A stretch of DNA of 39,587 nucleotides, from NCBI GenBank assembly GCA_046093685.1, contig JBJTFZ010000167.1:1-39587 (forward strand), in the 5' to 3' direction. Shown piece by piece: positions 1-9,439 of the stretch. The DNA comes from a bacterium. GTDB taxonomy: Bacteria; Bacteroidota; Ignavibacteria; Kapaibacteriales; UBA961. Position 1 is the first letter of the stretch; every line of letters starts with the position of its first letter. Under the pieces are notes generated by a model, which saw only the letters and a program-made list of their open reading frames with translations, was not told the origin of the DNA and ran no database searches. The translations under genes were made by a program, and so were the position numbers.

Positions 1-157
1 CAAAATACCCTATATTGCCAAGCTCAAAATACATGCATCGTTCACAAAGTTTTTTTATGACATCCCCGCCATGTGGATGGCTCGAATTTGATCATGTGCA
101 ATGAATCGTGAACGACCGATCATTTTCTTGTACCGCATCATGGCATGAAAGGAATTT

Positions 158-1963
158 ATGTCTGAATTGACCGAAAACAACACAATTGCAAAGCGTCCTT
201 CGCTTGCAGATCTCATCAATGGCGATTTCAATATGCCGATGATGGATGATGCAACCTTCAACAATCTGTTTCTGCAGAGTTTCTCCGCTGTTCAGGAAGA
301 TCAGATGGTGAAGGGAAATGTGATTCAAGTAACCAAAGACAATATCTTCGTTGATATTGGATTCAAATCTCTCGGTGTGATTCCAAGAGCTGAATTCGGT
401 ACAGCTGATATTTTCAAACCGGGTGATGAAATTGATGTATTCATCGAGAAGATTGAAGATGTCAATGGTCGCATGTTGCTATCTCGTCGTCGTGCTGATT
501 TCATGAAAACTTGGGAAGAAATCCTCAAGCTCAATGAAACACAGCAAATCGTGCAAGTTCGCATACTTCGTCGTATCAAGGGTGGTATGGTTGTAGACTT
601 GCTCGGTATTGAAGCATTCTTGCCCGGTTCGCAAATCGATGTACGCCCTGTGCGTGATTTCGATGCATGGGTAGGCAAGATGATTGATGTTCGAGTTGTG
701 AAGGTCAATCATCCAAGTGAAAATGTTGTGGTTTCGCACAAAGTATTGCTTGAAGAACAATTGGCCGATCAGCGCACCAAGATTCTTGGTACACTTGAAA
801 AAGGTTTGGTTCTCGAGGGAGCAGTCAAAGCCATTTCCGACTTCGGTGTATTCGTCGATCTCGGTGGAGTTGATGGTCTTGTGCACATCACAGATCTTTC
901 ATGGGGTCGCGTGACACATCCATCAGAGATTGTCACACTTGATCAAATCGTGAAAGTCGTCGTACTTGATTTTGATGGTGAGAAGCGTCGTATTTCTCTT
1001 GGCATGAAGCAATTGACTTCACATCCATGGGATACTATTGGCGAGAAATATGAGCCAGGCACAAAAGTGCAGGGCAAAGTAGTTTCTTTGACAGATTACG
1101 GTGCCTTCATCGAAATCGAAAAAGGAATCGAAGGTTTGATTCATATCAGCGAAATGAGTTGGACACAACATGTGAAGCATCCATCACAGATGGTATCCAT
1201 GGGACAAGTCATTGATGCGATTGTATTGAACATTGATAAGAATGACAAAAAACTTGCTCTCGGCATGAAGCAACTCGAGCCGGATCCATGGGCAGATTTA
1301 CTTGCGAAATATCCTGTGGATTCAGTTCACAAGGGAATCGTTCGCAATTTGACAAACTTCGGACTCTTTGTTGAGCTCGAGCCTGGCGTTGATGGCCTCG
1401 TTCACATCAGTGATTTGTCATGGACAAAGAAAATCCGTCATCCGGGCGAATTCGTCAAGAAAGGCGATGCTCTTGATGTGGTTGTTCTCAGCATTGATTC
1501 ACAAAATCGTAGAATCGCGCTCGGTCATAAGCAAATCACGGAAAATCCATGGGAATTCTTTGCTGAGCGTTATGCGGTTGGTGCAGACTCCGAAGGAAAG
1601 ATTGAGCGTATCATTGAGAAGGGCGTCATCGTTGAATTGCCTGAAGGCGTTGATGGTTTCGTTCCTGTGTCTCAATTGTCATTCGCACCTGTTCGCAACA
1701 TTGCAGAGTTCTTCCATACAGGTGACACGCTTCCACTCAAAGTTGTGGAATTCGACCGTGAGTCAAAGAAGATTGTTCTTTCGGCTGTGGAATATCTCCG
1801 CGACAAAGACCAAGCGATCATTGATGCATACAATGCAAAACATCCCGTTCCTAATGCGGACAAGTATGCACAAAACATAGAGGCAGTTGATTTGTCGGCA
1901 CTTGCCGAAGACATTGAATCAGTGTTTGAGGAAACAACCCCAAAGATTGACGATAAAGAATAA
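158..1963 (+). CDS. rpsA: 30S ribosomal protein S1
   Basis: 601-aa ORF made of repeated S1/OB-fold units with the recurring G.V..V...G.FV(D/E)(L/I)..G pattern (GNVIQVTKDNIFVDIG, GAVKAISDFGVFVDLGG, GKVVSLTDYGAFIEIEKG, GIVRNLTNFGLFVELEPG, GKIERIIEKGVIVELPEG). Purine-rich aaagga lies just upstream of the ATG. Confidence 0.95.
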   Translation: MSELTENNTIAKRPSLADLINGDFNMPMMDDATFNNLFLQSFSAVQEDQMVKGNVIQVTKDNIFVDIGFKSLGVIPRAEFGTADIFKPGDEIDVFIEKIEDVNGRMLLSRRRADFMKTWEEILKLNETQQIVQVRILRRIKGGMVVDLLGIEAFLPGSQIDVRPVRDFDAWVGKMIDVRVVKVNHPSENVVVSHKVLLEEQLADQRTKILGTLEKGLVLEGAVKAISDFGVFVDLGGVDGLVHITDLSWGRVTHPSEIVTLDQIVKVVVLDFDGEKRRISLGMKQLTSHPWDTIGEKYEPGTKVQGKVVSLTDYGAFIEIEKGIEGLIHISEMSWTQHVKHPSQMVSMGQVIDAIVLNIDKNDKKLALGMKQLEPDPWADLLAKYPVDSVHKGIVRNLTNFGLFVELEPGVDGLVHISDLSWTKKIRHPGEFVKKGDALDVVVLSIDSQNRRIALGHKQITENPWEFFAERYAVGADSEGKIERIIEKGVIVELPEGVDGFVPVSQLSFAPVRNIAEFFHTGDTLPLKVVEFDRESKKIVLSAVEYLRDKDQAIIDAYNAKHPVPNADKYAQNIEAVDLSALAEDIESVFEETTPKIDDKE

Positions 1964-1985
1964 TCACTGTATCAAATACCTGTTT

Positions 1986-2019
1986 CAAAGGCATCTCATG
2001 ATTGATTGGGATGCCTTTG
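1986..2019 (+). terminator. Hairpin downstream of rpsA (possible terminator or attenuator)
   Basis: A 10-bp perfect inverted repeat, caaaggcatc (1986-1995) and gatgcctttg (2010-2019), with a 14-nt loop. It sits 23 nt after the rpsA stop. The following T-tract is weak, so intrinsic-terminator status is uncertain. Confidence 0.35.
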
Positions 2020-2047
2020 TCACATACACTTTTCATGGAGCAATGAA

Positions 2048-3871
2048 GTGTTGACGAGTGAATTCAAACAACAACTGGGAATCATTCCCATCATCACATC
2101 CGGTTCAATCGCGATGGAGCTATCTCTGCGTGATAAACATGATATGCCTGCCGATGTTTGGAATTTGAAAGATCCGGTCATAATTGAATCCATCTATCGT
2201 GAATTTGTGGATGCAGGTGCAACATTATTGCTCACCAATACTTTGAAATCCAATCGACTGGCATTGGAAGCCTTTTCATTGAGTGACAAAGTATATGAAA
2301 TCAATCGAAAAGCCGTTTGGATTGCTCGAACTGCAGCATTGAGAAAAGCAATGGTTGCAGGTGTCATTGGTCCAACGGGACATTTCTTTGCACCAATCGG
2401 TGATTTAACTCAAGAAGAGGCGCATCAGGTATTCGCGGAGCAAGCCATGGCTTTGCTCGACAGTGGTGCGGACATCATCATGCTTTCTTCATTCATTGAC
2501 ATTGAAGAACTCATCATTGCAATTGATGCAGTGAGGGCCGTGAATTCAGACATCCCGATTATTGCGCTCAAATCATTTCCTGAGGACGGAACAGTACTTG
2601 CAACTTCATATCCTGCCGACATCGCAAAAAGATTGGAAGAGAAACAAGTTCTCGCATTGGGGAGCAATGGGATTGTTGGTCCGCAAAGAATGACAGATAT
2701 CCTTAGAGCACTCTCGGGTTCAACGATTCCGCTGTGCATATTGCCTGATATTGCAATACCGACACTCCTGAATGGTCGTCCCAAATTCAATGCCGAGCCT
2801 GACTATGTTGCCGATGTTGCCGTAAAATTGGTTCGTCAAGGAGCTTGCATCATTGGGGCTGATGGGGGTGCAACAATTGAACATATCAGAGCAATTGCCA
2901 ATGCCGTGAAAAACGAAAAACCCGGAAGCGGAAAACTTGAACCAAAGCCCGGCAAAACGATTGATGTACACCCACTTGAGAGCGATGAGGAAAGTGGATT
3001 CGCAAAAAAGGCAGGCAAACAATTTCTTATGACCGTAGAAGTTGAAATTCCTCGAGGACTGGACATGTCTTCAGTTCTTGAGTCTGCTCGTTTCTTGAAA
3101 GACAATGGTATTGATGGAGTGAATGTGTTTGATGGTGCGAGGGCGCGCGTAAGAATCAATCCGATAACGGCCTCACATATGATCATGCAGGAAACAGGCA
3201 TGGAATGCATCACGCACATGGCTTGCAGAGATCGCAATATGGTTGGATTGCAGAGCGATCTCATCGGCGCTTATTCATTGGGTGTGAGGAATATTCTTGC
3301 CGTTACGGGAGATCCCACAACCATTGGTGATTATCCATTTGCAACTTCCGTTTACGATGTTGATTCCATAGGTCTGTGCAGAGCATTGAACCATATGAAT
3401 CAAGGTCGAGATCTTCTTGGAAATCCGATGGGAAGAGCAACGAGGTTTACCATTGCTTGTGCCGTGAATCCTTGTGCGGATGATATGCAAACCGAATTGA
3501 GCAGACTTCAAAAGAAAGTTGAAGAAGGTGCAGCGATTGCTTTCACTCAACCTGTTTTCGACATGGAAACATTGTTGCCGTTTTTGGAATCCATTTCACA
3601 ACTCGATATTTCCATTATGCTTGGCATCATTCCGCTTAGAAGTGCAAGGCATGCGGATTTCTTGCATTATGAAGTTCCCGGAATGATTGTTCCGGCATGG
3701 GTTCGTGAAGCGATGCATGATGCTGGAAGCAATGCCGGAGAAATTGGACTGAACATAGCAACAGAACTACTCACTCAGGCAAAAGAACATGTTCAGGGAG
3801 TGTATATCATGCCGCCGGCGAAGCGATATGACATGGCAATTGACATGTGCAAACGAAGCGGTATTTTGTAA
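2048..3871 (+). CDS. metF: Fusion protein: homocysteine S-methyltransferase-like N-domain (zinc ligands absent) plus 5,10-methylenetetrahydrofolate reductase C-domain
   Basis: The N-terminal half aligns from memory to the Hcy-binding S-methyl_trans fold (SGSIAMEL.., LLTNT, IIGADGGATIEHIRAI). The C-terminal ~290 aa is MTHFR-like (NVFDGARARVRI.., LAVTGDP, FTQPVFD). The track ORF starts at TTG 2006, inside the upstream hairpin. I prefer GTG 2048, which has GGAG at 2037-2040 seven nt upstream; TTG 2051 is also possible. Confidence 0.85.
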   Translation: MLTSEFKQQLGIIPIITSGSIAMELSLRDKHDMPADVWNLKDPVIIESIYREFVDAGATLLLTNTLKSNRLALEAFSLSDKVYEINRKAVWIARTAALRKAMVAGVIGPTGHFFAPIGDLTQEEAHQVFAEQAMALLDSGADIIMLSSFIDIEELIIAIDAVRAVNSDIPIIALKSFPEDGTVLATSYPADIAKRLEEKQVLALGSNGIVGPQRMTDILRALSGSTIPLCILPDIAIPTLLNGRPKFNAEPDYVADVAVKLVRQGACIIGADGGATIEHIRAIANAVKNEKPGSGKLEPKPGKTIDVHPLESDEESGFAKKAGKQFLMTVEVEIPRGLDMSSVLESARFLKDNGIDGVNVFDGARARVRINPITASHMIMQETGMECITHMACRDRNMVGLQSDLIGAYSLGVRNILAVTGDPTTIGDYPFATSVYDVDSIGLCRALNHMNQGRDLLGNPMGRATRFTIACAVNPCADDMQTELSRLQKKVEEGAAIAFTQPVFDMETLLPFLESISQLDISIMLGIIPLRSARHADFLHYEVPGMIVPAWVREAMHDAGSNAGEIGLNIATELLTQAKEHVQGVYIMPPAKRYDMAIDMCKRSGIL

Positions 3872-3913
3872 ATAATCATCACGAATTCTATCATCATCTT
3901 TGGAATACATGAT

Positions 3914-5587
3914 ATGTCATTTCATCATTTGTTTGAACAACATGAAGCAACATTGAATGCGGCCATTGAAGCAAATCGAAATCGAGTGTTTCATGCACAT
4001 TGGCCGGAACCACCATCCGGAAAAATATATGGAGAAACCGCACAGGAAGATGGATTGAAAAGATTCCAATCTTCTTTGAATGGATCATTTGATTTTCCGC
4101 ATCAAAAAGGTGCAAATGGTACAATTGGTGCAGAACATTCACCGTATGGTTTCCCTCTAAACATTACATACCCCGCATATTCAACCGATATATTGATTTC
4201 CAATGCTGAAGAAGCATTGATGCAATGGAAAAAACTTACCCTGAAAGAGCGTGCAGGGATATTGATCGAATGTTTGGAAAAAGCATCGCAACAGTTCTTT
4301 GCGATTGGTTTCTCTACCATGCATACAACCGGGCAAGGTTTTATCATGGCATTCCAAGCATCTGGTCCGCATGCTTTTGATCGCGCTTTGGAAGCTGTTG
4401 CCACGGGATATATGGCGATTGATTCTTTTGCCCAACATGCACATTGGACCAAGCCGATGGGAAAGATGCAAGTTGATTTGAAAAAAGAGTATCATGTGAG
4501 GCCGAAGGGTATCAATCTTACGATTGGTTGTTCCACATTTCCAATTTGGAATTCATTTCCCGGAATGTTTGCTTCATTGATCACCGGAAATGTCACGATA
4601 GCAAAAACGCATCCTTCAGCGATTCTCCCTATTGCCTTATGCATACAGTCTTTTCAGGAGACACTCGCTTCTCTTGGATTGAATCCCCATATCATACAAA
4701 TCGCAATTGATTCCCAAGAGCAACCTTTGACTGTTTCTCTCGCCCAAAGATCTGAAATTCAAACCATCGATTATACAGGTTCTTCCGCATTTGGAAATCA
4801 CTTGGAAACTTTGGTTGCCGGCACACAGAAAGAACTCTTCACTGAGAAAGCCGGAGTAAATTGTGCATTGATCGGTGAGGTAGAAAATTTGGATGCTGTT
4901 TTGGATAATATAGCATTTAGTCTTTCATTGTATAGCGGACAAATGTGTACGACCACACAGAACATCTATATTCCAAAAGCCGGTGTAAAAACCAATGATG
5001 GAACAGTTTCATTTGATGATGTTTGCGCCAAGCTCAAAGAAAAAGTTGATGCATTGGTTTATAATGAAAAAATGGGCCCCGGTACTTTGGGTGCATTGCA
5101 TTCTCCCGCAGTAAAAGAAAGAGTGGAAAAAGCGAAAGCTTCCGGTTTGACAATCATCAGAGATTCTGAATCAATCACTCAGCAGGGTTTTGAACATGCA
5201 TTGTCATGCTCACCTTTGATCTTGAAAGCGGAATCCGCGGATCAAGCCATTCTTCATGAAGAGTGGTTCGGACCTATCAGTTTTATGATTCCCGTTGATG
5301 ATGTTTCCGCCGGTATTCGTGCGATGGCATATTCCATTCGATCACATGGTGCTTTGACGGCGCTTGTTCATCTTCAAAACGAGCAGTTAATCAATGAAGC
5401 AACACATGCCTTGATTGATGCAGGAGTGAATATCTCATTCAATTTGGTTGGACCCATTTGGGTGAATCAATCGGCAGGCTTCAGTGATTTTCATGGAACG
5501 GGTGCTAATCCTGCAGGGAATGCATCCTTTGCGGATCTCTCATTCGTGGCGAGGCGATACAATATCATCGAAATGCGCAGAGCTTAA
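3914..5587 (+). CDS. Aldehyde dehydrogenase superfamily, PaaN-like (phenylacetate-pathway ring-opening ALDH type)
   Basis: 557-aa ORF with an ALDH catalytic Glu context (FTEKAGVN) and Cys context (YSGQMCTTTQN). The size and N-terminus (FHAHWPEPPSGKIYGE) resemble stand-alone PaaN-family proteins as I remember them. Subfamily assignment is not verified. Confidence 0.7.
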   Translation: MSFHHLFEQHEATLNAAIEANRNRVFHAHWPEPPSGKIYGETAQEDGLKRFQSSLNGSFDFPHQKGANGTIGAEHSPYGFPLNITYPAYSTDILISNAEEALMQWKKLTLKERAGILIECLEKASQQFFAIGFSTMHTTGQGFIMAFQASGPHAFDRALEAVATGYMAIDSFAQHAHWTKPMGKMQVDLKKEYHVRPKGINLTIGCSTFPIWNSFPGMFASLITGNVTIAKTHPSAILPIALCIQSFQETLASLGLNPHIIQIAIDSQEQPLTVSLAQRSEIQTIDYTGSSAFGNHLETLVAGTQKELFTEKAGVNCALIGEVENLDAVLDNIAFSLSLYSGQMCTTTQNIYIPKAGVKTNDGTVSFDDVCAKLKEKVDALVYNEKMGPGTLGALHSPAVKERVEKAKASGLTIIRDSESITQQGFEHALSCSPLILKAESADQAILHEEWFGPISFMIPVDDVSAGIRAMAYSIRSHGALTALVHLQNEQLINEATHALIDAGVNISFNLVGPIWVNQSAGFSDFHGTGANPAGNASFADLSFVARRYNIIEMRRA

Positions 5588-5594
5588 AACAATA

Positions 5595-5627
5595 AAGGCC
5601 ATCCAATCGGATGGCCTTCATTTTTTT
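5595..5627. terminator. Bidirectional rho-independent terminator between convergent ALDH genes
   Basis: A 10-bp GC-containing stem, aaggccatcc (5595-5604) and ggatggcctt (5609-5618), with a 4-nt loop. It is followed by ca+ttttttt (5621-5627) and preceded by an A-rich tract that serves the minus strand. It lies exactly between the stops at 5587 (+) and 5633 (-). Confidence 0.8.
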
Positions 5628-5632
5628 GTTGA

Positions 5633-7183
5633 TTACTTTTTCTCGCTGATTGTTTTGGCTTGCAAGAACAGTAAAAGATAATCTCTTCCTCCGGCCTTTG
5701 AGTCTGTCCCGCTCATGTTAAATCCACCGAATGGATGCACTCCAACAAGAGCACCGGTACATTTACGATTCAAATACAAATTGCCACAGTGAAATTCCGC
5801 ACGAGCACGATTCAATTTCTTTTTGTCATTGGTGTATACCGCACCGGTCAAACCATAGATTGTATTATTGGCTATTGCAAGAGCATTGTCAAAATTCTTT
5901 GCTTTTATCACAGCAAGTACGGGGCCGAATATCTCTTCCTGAGAAATTCTTGCATCAGGCTTGATGTCTGTGAATACTGTAGGTTTGATATAATACCCGT
6001 TCAGTCCTTCCACCTTTCCACCCCCACAAAGGAGTTTGCCTTCTTTCTTGCCAATCTCGATATAGTTTAGGATGGACTGCTCTGCTTTTTTGGAAACCAC
6101 TGGACCCATTGAATGATCTTCTTTTGCATCACCTTGTTTGATTGCTTCGACGGCAACCTTCAATTTTGACACAAATTCTTTGTAAATGCTTTGATGCACG
6201 ATTACGCGTGAACATGCCGAACATTTTTGTCCTTGAAAACCAAATGCAGCTTGAACGGTGCCTTTTACAGCATCATCAATATCACAATCCTCATCGATGA
6301 TCATGCTATCCTTGCCACCCATTTCAGCAACGATGCGCTTGATCCAGACTTGTCCGGGAACGGTCTTGGCTGCCAATTCATTGATGTGCAAACCAACTTC
6401 CATTGAACCTGTGAATGAAATGAAGCGAGTCTTTGGATGCGAGACCAAATAATCTCCCGCTTCTGCGCCGGAAGCCACAAGATAATTCAACACTCCTTTT
6501 GGTAAACCAACTGAACGCATGATATCGGCGAATAACCAGCCCATCATGGGAGATTCAGATGAAGGTTTCAATACAACGGTATTTCCGGTTGCGATTGCGG
6601 CACTTGCCGTACCGACCAAAATCGCAAATGGGAAATTCCAAGGTGGAATTACCACTCCCACTCCGAGTGGGATATATGTCAATTGATTTTTTTCGCCCTT
6701 GATTGGAGTGATTGGTTGTTTACCTGCATAGCGTAATGCCTCTCGACCATAGAACTCCAAGAAGTCAATTGCTTCACAAGTATCGGCATCGGCTTCGAGA
6801 TAGTTTTTACCAACTTCAGAAATCATCCAAGCATTGATTTCAAGTCTGCGCTTACGAATGACATTCGCCGCCTTGAACAAGTAGGATGCTCGCTCTTTTG
6901 CAGGGACGAACTTCCATGTTTCAAAAGCTTTCAATGCAGCCTGCATGGCTTTTTCTGCATCATCTTTTCCTGACTTTTGAAAGATGCCGATTTTCTCGCC
7001 GGTATTTGATGGATTGATGGAAATGGTTTTCGCCTGTGTTGTCACCGCTTTTCCATTAATGAAATTCGGATATTCTTTTCCGAATTGCGCTCTTACTGTT
7101 TCAAGAGCTTTCTTCTGTTTTTTTGCAATTTTATGATTTGCAAAATTGAGGAAAACCTCATTAGTAAATTCTTTCATGTGCAT
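5633..7183 (-). CDS. pruA: L-glutamate gamma-semialdehyde (1-pyrroline-5-carboxylate) dehydrogenase
   Basis: 516-aa ALDH with EMGGKD and FGFQGQKCSACSR catalytic contexts. The N-terminus (FTNE..LNF......KKALE.V...FGKEYP..INGK) is typical of bacterial P5C dehydrogenases of the RocA/PruA type. Confidence 0.88.
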   Translation of the reverse strand: MHMKEFTNEVFLNFANHKIAKKQKKALETVRAQFGKEYPNFINGKAVTTQAKTISINPSNTGEKIGIFQKSGKDDAEKAMQAALKAFETWKFVPAKERASYLFKAANVIRKRRLEINAWMISEVGKNYLEADADTCEAIDFLEFYGREALRYAGKQPITPIKGEKNQLTYIPLGVGVVIPPWNFPFAILVGTASAAIATGNTVVLKPSSESPMMGWLFADIMRSVGLPKGVLNYLVASGAEAGDYLVSHPKTRFISFTGSMEVGLHINELAAKTVPGQVWIKRIVAEMGGKDSMIIDEDCDIDDAVKGTVQAAFGFQGQKCSACSRVIVHQSIYKEFVSKLKVAVEAIKQGDAKEDHSMGPVVSKKAEQSILNYIEIGKKEGKLLCGGGKVEGLNGYYIKPTVFTDIKPDARISQEEIFGPVLAVIKAKNFDNALAIANNTIYGLTGAVYTNDKKKLNRARAEFHCGNLYLNRKCTGALVGVHPFGGFNMSGTDSKAGGRDYLLLFLQAKTISEKK

Positions 7184-7198
7184 TCAAAAGATGTTGGA

Positions 7199-7657
7199 TT
7201 AAAGAATTGTTTTCAAAAGGAGATTGATTTGGAACAGTAATAGTCCGAGGCCTGCAAGACAGCATATCCAATTCAGGAGCAATGCAATATGATATCCTTT
7301 TGAGCCTGGTATCAGTGTGAACACTTCAAACAAATGTAAGGCTTCAGTGATATCGTCTTTCGTGATAAGCGAAACATCCTTATTGAGTTCTCTTGCTTTG
7401 CGTACAATGAAATCAAGTCTTTTGTGTTCTCTCCTAAAATCAAGTCCCCATAAAGTCAAGAGAACAACATACACTTGATATTGTTTTAGCTTGAACATTT
7501 CATGTCCTTGAAAAGGCATGATGGATTCAGGAAGATACAAGATGAACCAAAGGCATCCCGCGCATGCAAACAACAATGATGTGATTCTTTTCAGTCGATT
7601 CCTTTGCGGTTCATATAAACTTCTTACGGAATCGGAGAATAGTGGTGTAGATTTCAT
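7199..7657 (-). CDS. Hypothetical small membrane protein (about 3 TM segments)
   Basis: ORF sits 15 nt upstream of pruA on the same strand. Hydrophobic stretches: LLFACAGCLWFILYL, VYVVLLTLWGL, IALLLNWICCLAGLGLLLF. I use the internal ATG at 7657 (MKSTPLF..) because the longer 7762 start overlaps the divergent gene. No family recognised. Confidence 0.45.
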   Translation of the reverse strand: MKSTPLFSDSVRSLYEPQRNRLKRITSLLFACAGCLWFILYLPESIMPFQGHEMFKLKQYQVYVVLLTLWGLDFRREHKRLDFIVRKARELNKDVSLITKDDITEALHLFEVFTLIPGSKGYHIALLLNWICCLAGLGLLLFQINLLLKTIL

Positions 7658-7807
7658 AATGAGATATGCTAAGTTTGCGATGCCACTAAGGCATTGCACA
7701 AAAATACGGTTGTTTGGTGACTTCGCGGACTGAAATTCCAAGCAATGATGCCTGATAAACATGTTTGTGCTTCTTTTTGTTCACATGCAAGCAATTTTGG
7801 AGTTTTC

Positions 7808-8359
7808 ATGAATGATAGAGAGGGAAAGGCGCAAGCCACGATTCTTCCATATCAAGGCACAATACCGAATATCGGTAGGAATGTCTTGATTTGTGATGGA
7901 GTGCGCATCATAGGCGATGTCACCATTGGTGATGATTCCGGTCTTTGGTTCAATGCGGTCTTGAGAGGGGATGTTTTTCCCATTACCATTGGTAAGAGAA
8001 CAAATATTCAGGATGGATCAATTCTGCATGTCACGACCGATACGCATGCCTTGAATATTGGGGATGATGTCACTGTGGGCCACAATGCAATCCTACATGG
8101 AGCAACTATCGGTAATCGTTGTTTGATAGGCATGGGTGCCATTATTTTGGATGCTGCCGTGATTGGTGATGAAGCAATCGTAGCTGCAGGTTCTGTGGTG
8201 AGGCAGGGAATGATTGTTCCGCCCGGTGTCATGGTTGCAGGAATACCCGCAAAAATCATCCGTGATGTGAGCAATGAAGAGAAACAGGGATTCCTAGATA
8301 GCGCTGAACAATATAGAGAGATTGCCGAGCATTATAGATCACTTTATAAACAATCATGA
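7808..8359 (+). CDS. Gamma-class carbonic anhydrase / hexapeptide-repeat (YrdA/PaaY-like) family protein
   Basis: Left-handed beta-helix hexapeptide periodicity (VRIIGDVTIGDDSGLWFNAVLRGD..ITIGKRTNIQDGSILH..IGDDVTVGHNAILHGATIGN). ATG at 7808 (MNDREGK) is chosen over the 7745 extension. Confidence 0.85.
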   Translation: MNDREGKAQATILPYQGTIPNIGRNVLICDGVRIIGDVTIGDDSGLWFNAVLRGDVFPITIGKRTNIQDGSILHVTTDTHALNIGDDVTVGHNAILHGATIGNRCLIGMGAIILDAAVIGDEAIVAAGSVVRQGMIVPPGVMVAGIPAKIIRDVSNEEKQGFLDSAEQYREIAEHYRSLYKQS

Positions 8360-9394
8360 TGGCTCTACAAAGCCGATTTTCTTATACACCTTTCTCAATG
8401 TTTTGAAAGCCTGTCTTTTAGCCTTGTCTGCACCGGTTTTCAATAGGGCGGATAGTTCTTCCGGACGAGAGCGTAGCTCTTCGAAGCGTGAGCGAATGGG
8501 GGAGATGAGTTCAGCAACAGATTCTGCCACCGCTTCTTTGAATGGGGCATATCCCTTGCCATTGAATTCATCCGAAATTCCCTGCATGCTTTTTCCGGTG
8601 GCTATATGATGAAGTGTCATCAAATTTGAAATGCCGGGTCGAGTTTCCGTGTCATAAATTATATCGGTTCCTGAATCCGTAACCGCTCTTTTGATTTTAT
8701 TCTTGATGATTGCATCACTATCATGCAAGAAGATGCATGAATTTTGATTGGGGTCTGATTTAGACATCTTCTTTCGAGGCTCTTGCAAACTCATGATGCG
8801 TGCTCCTTCTTTGGGAATGAAGGGCTCCGGCACAGAAAAAGTTGGGGAGTAGAGATGATTGAATCTCTCGGCAAGGTTTCTAGTCAATTCAATATGTTGT
8901 TTTTGATCTTCACCAACAGGGACCAAATCAGCCTGATACAGTAAGATATCCGCTGCCATGAGAACCGGATAGGAAAACAAACCCACATTCACATTTTCGC
9001 TGTGTTGTTGTGATTTGTCTTTGAACTGCGTCATGCGTTGAGCTTCCCCGAAACCCGTAAAGCAATTCAATACCCATGCCAATTGGGCATGTTCAGGTAC
9101 ATGTGATTGGATGAACAATGTGGATTTTTCAGTGTTGATCCCACAAGCTGCATACATGGCAACAACATCAATCGATCGTCTGCGCAAATCGGCAGGGACT
9201 TGTCGGGTAGTGATTGCATGCATGTCAGCAACCATGAAAAAGCACTCATAATCATCTTGCAACTGCACCCAATTTTTCATTGCACCTGCATAATGACCAA
9301 TGGTCAAATCTCCGCTGGCTTGAATACCACTCAGAATGATTTTCTTTGATTGTTGTTCTGTATTCATGGTCTCACTAATAAAATTATATGACAA
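8354..9394 (-). CDS. trpS: Tryptophan--tRNA ligase
   Basis: Class I aaRS with SGIQASGDLTIGHY (HIGH-type) and KMSKS motifs. At 346 aa it is typical TrpRS length, and GEDQKQH is present. Its 3' end overlaps the convergent gene by 6 nt. Confidence 0.95.
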   Translation of the reverse strand: MSYNFISETMNTEQQSKKIILSGIQASGDLTIGHYAGAMKNWVQLQDDYECFFMVADMHAITTRQVPADLRRRSIDVVAMYAACGINTEKSTLFIQSHVPEHAQLAWVLNCFTGFGEAQRMTQFKDKSQQHSENVNVGLFSYPVLMAADILLYQADLVPVGEDQKQHIELTRNLAERFNHLYSPTFSVPEPFIPKEGARIMSLQEPRKKMSKSDPNQNSCIFLHDSDAIIKNKIKRAVTDSGTDIIYDTETRPGISNLMTLHHIATGKSMQGISDEFNGKGYAPFKEAVAESVAELISPIRSRFEELRSRPEELSALLKTGADKAKRQAFKTLRKVYKKIGFVEPS

Positions 9395-9439
9395 ATATAG
9401 GCTTTCGGGTCAATTTTCTCCATCTCTCCGGCACTGAAA

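Noticed and set aside
55-328. Minus-strand ORFs 55-264 and 92-328, and other long antisense or alternative-frame ORFs inside well-supported genes (e.g. 1368-1880, 2836-3264, 19727-20299, 28064-28498, 30443-30961).
   Set aside because: They overlap strongly supported CDSs, have no recognisable motifs, and have the skewed composition typical of shadow ORFs in AT-leaning coding DNA.
2006-2047. TTG start at 2006 for the metF fusion.
   Set aside because: It lies inside the loop of the rpsA-downstream hairpin, whose 3' arm the extension would also encode, and adds a Cys/His/Trp-rich non-conserved peptide. GTG 2048 has a GGAG at proper spacing and still precedes the conserved Hcy-domain N-terminus.
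7658-7807. Overlapping divergent starts (minus ORF to 7762, plus ORF from 7745).
   Set aside because: The internal starts at 7657 and 7808 remove the head-to-head overlap, leave a 150-nt divergent promoter region, and do not cut into recognisable conserved sequence.
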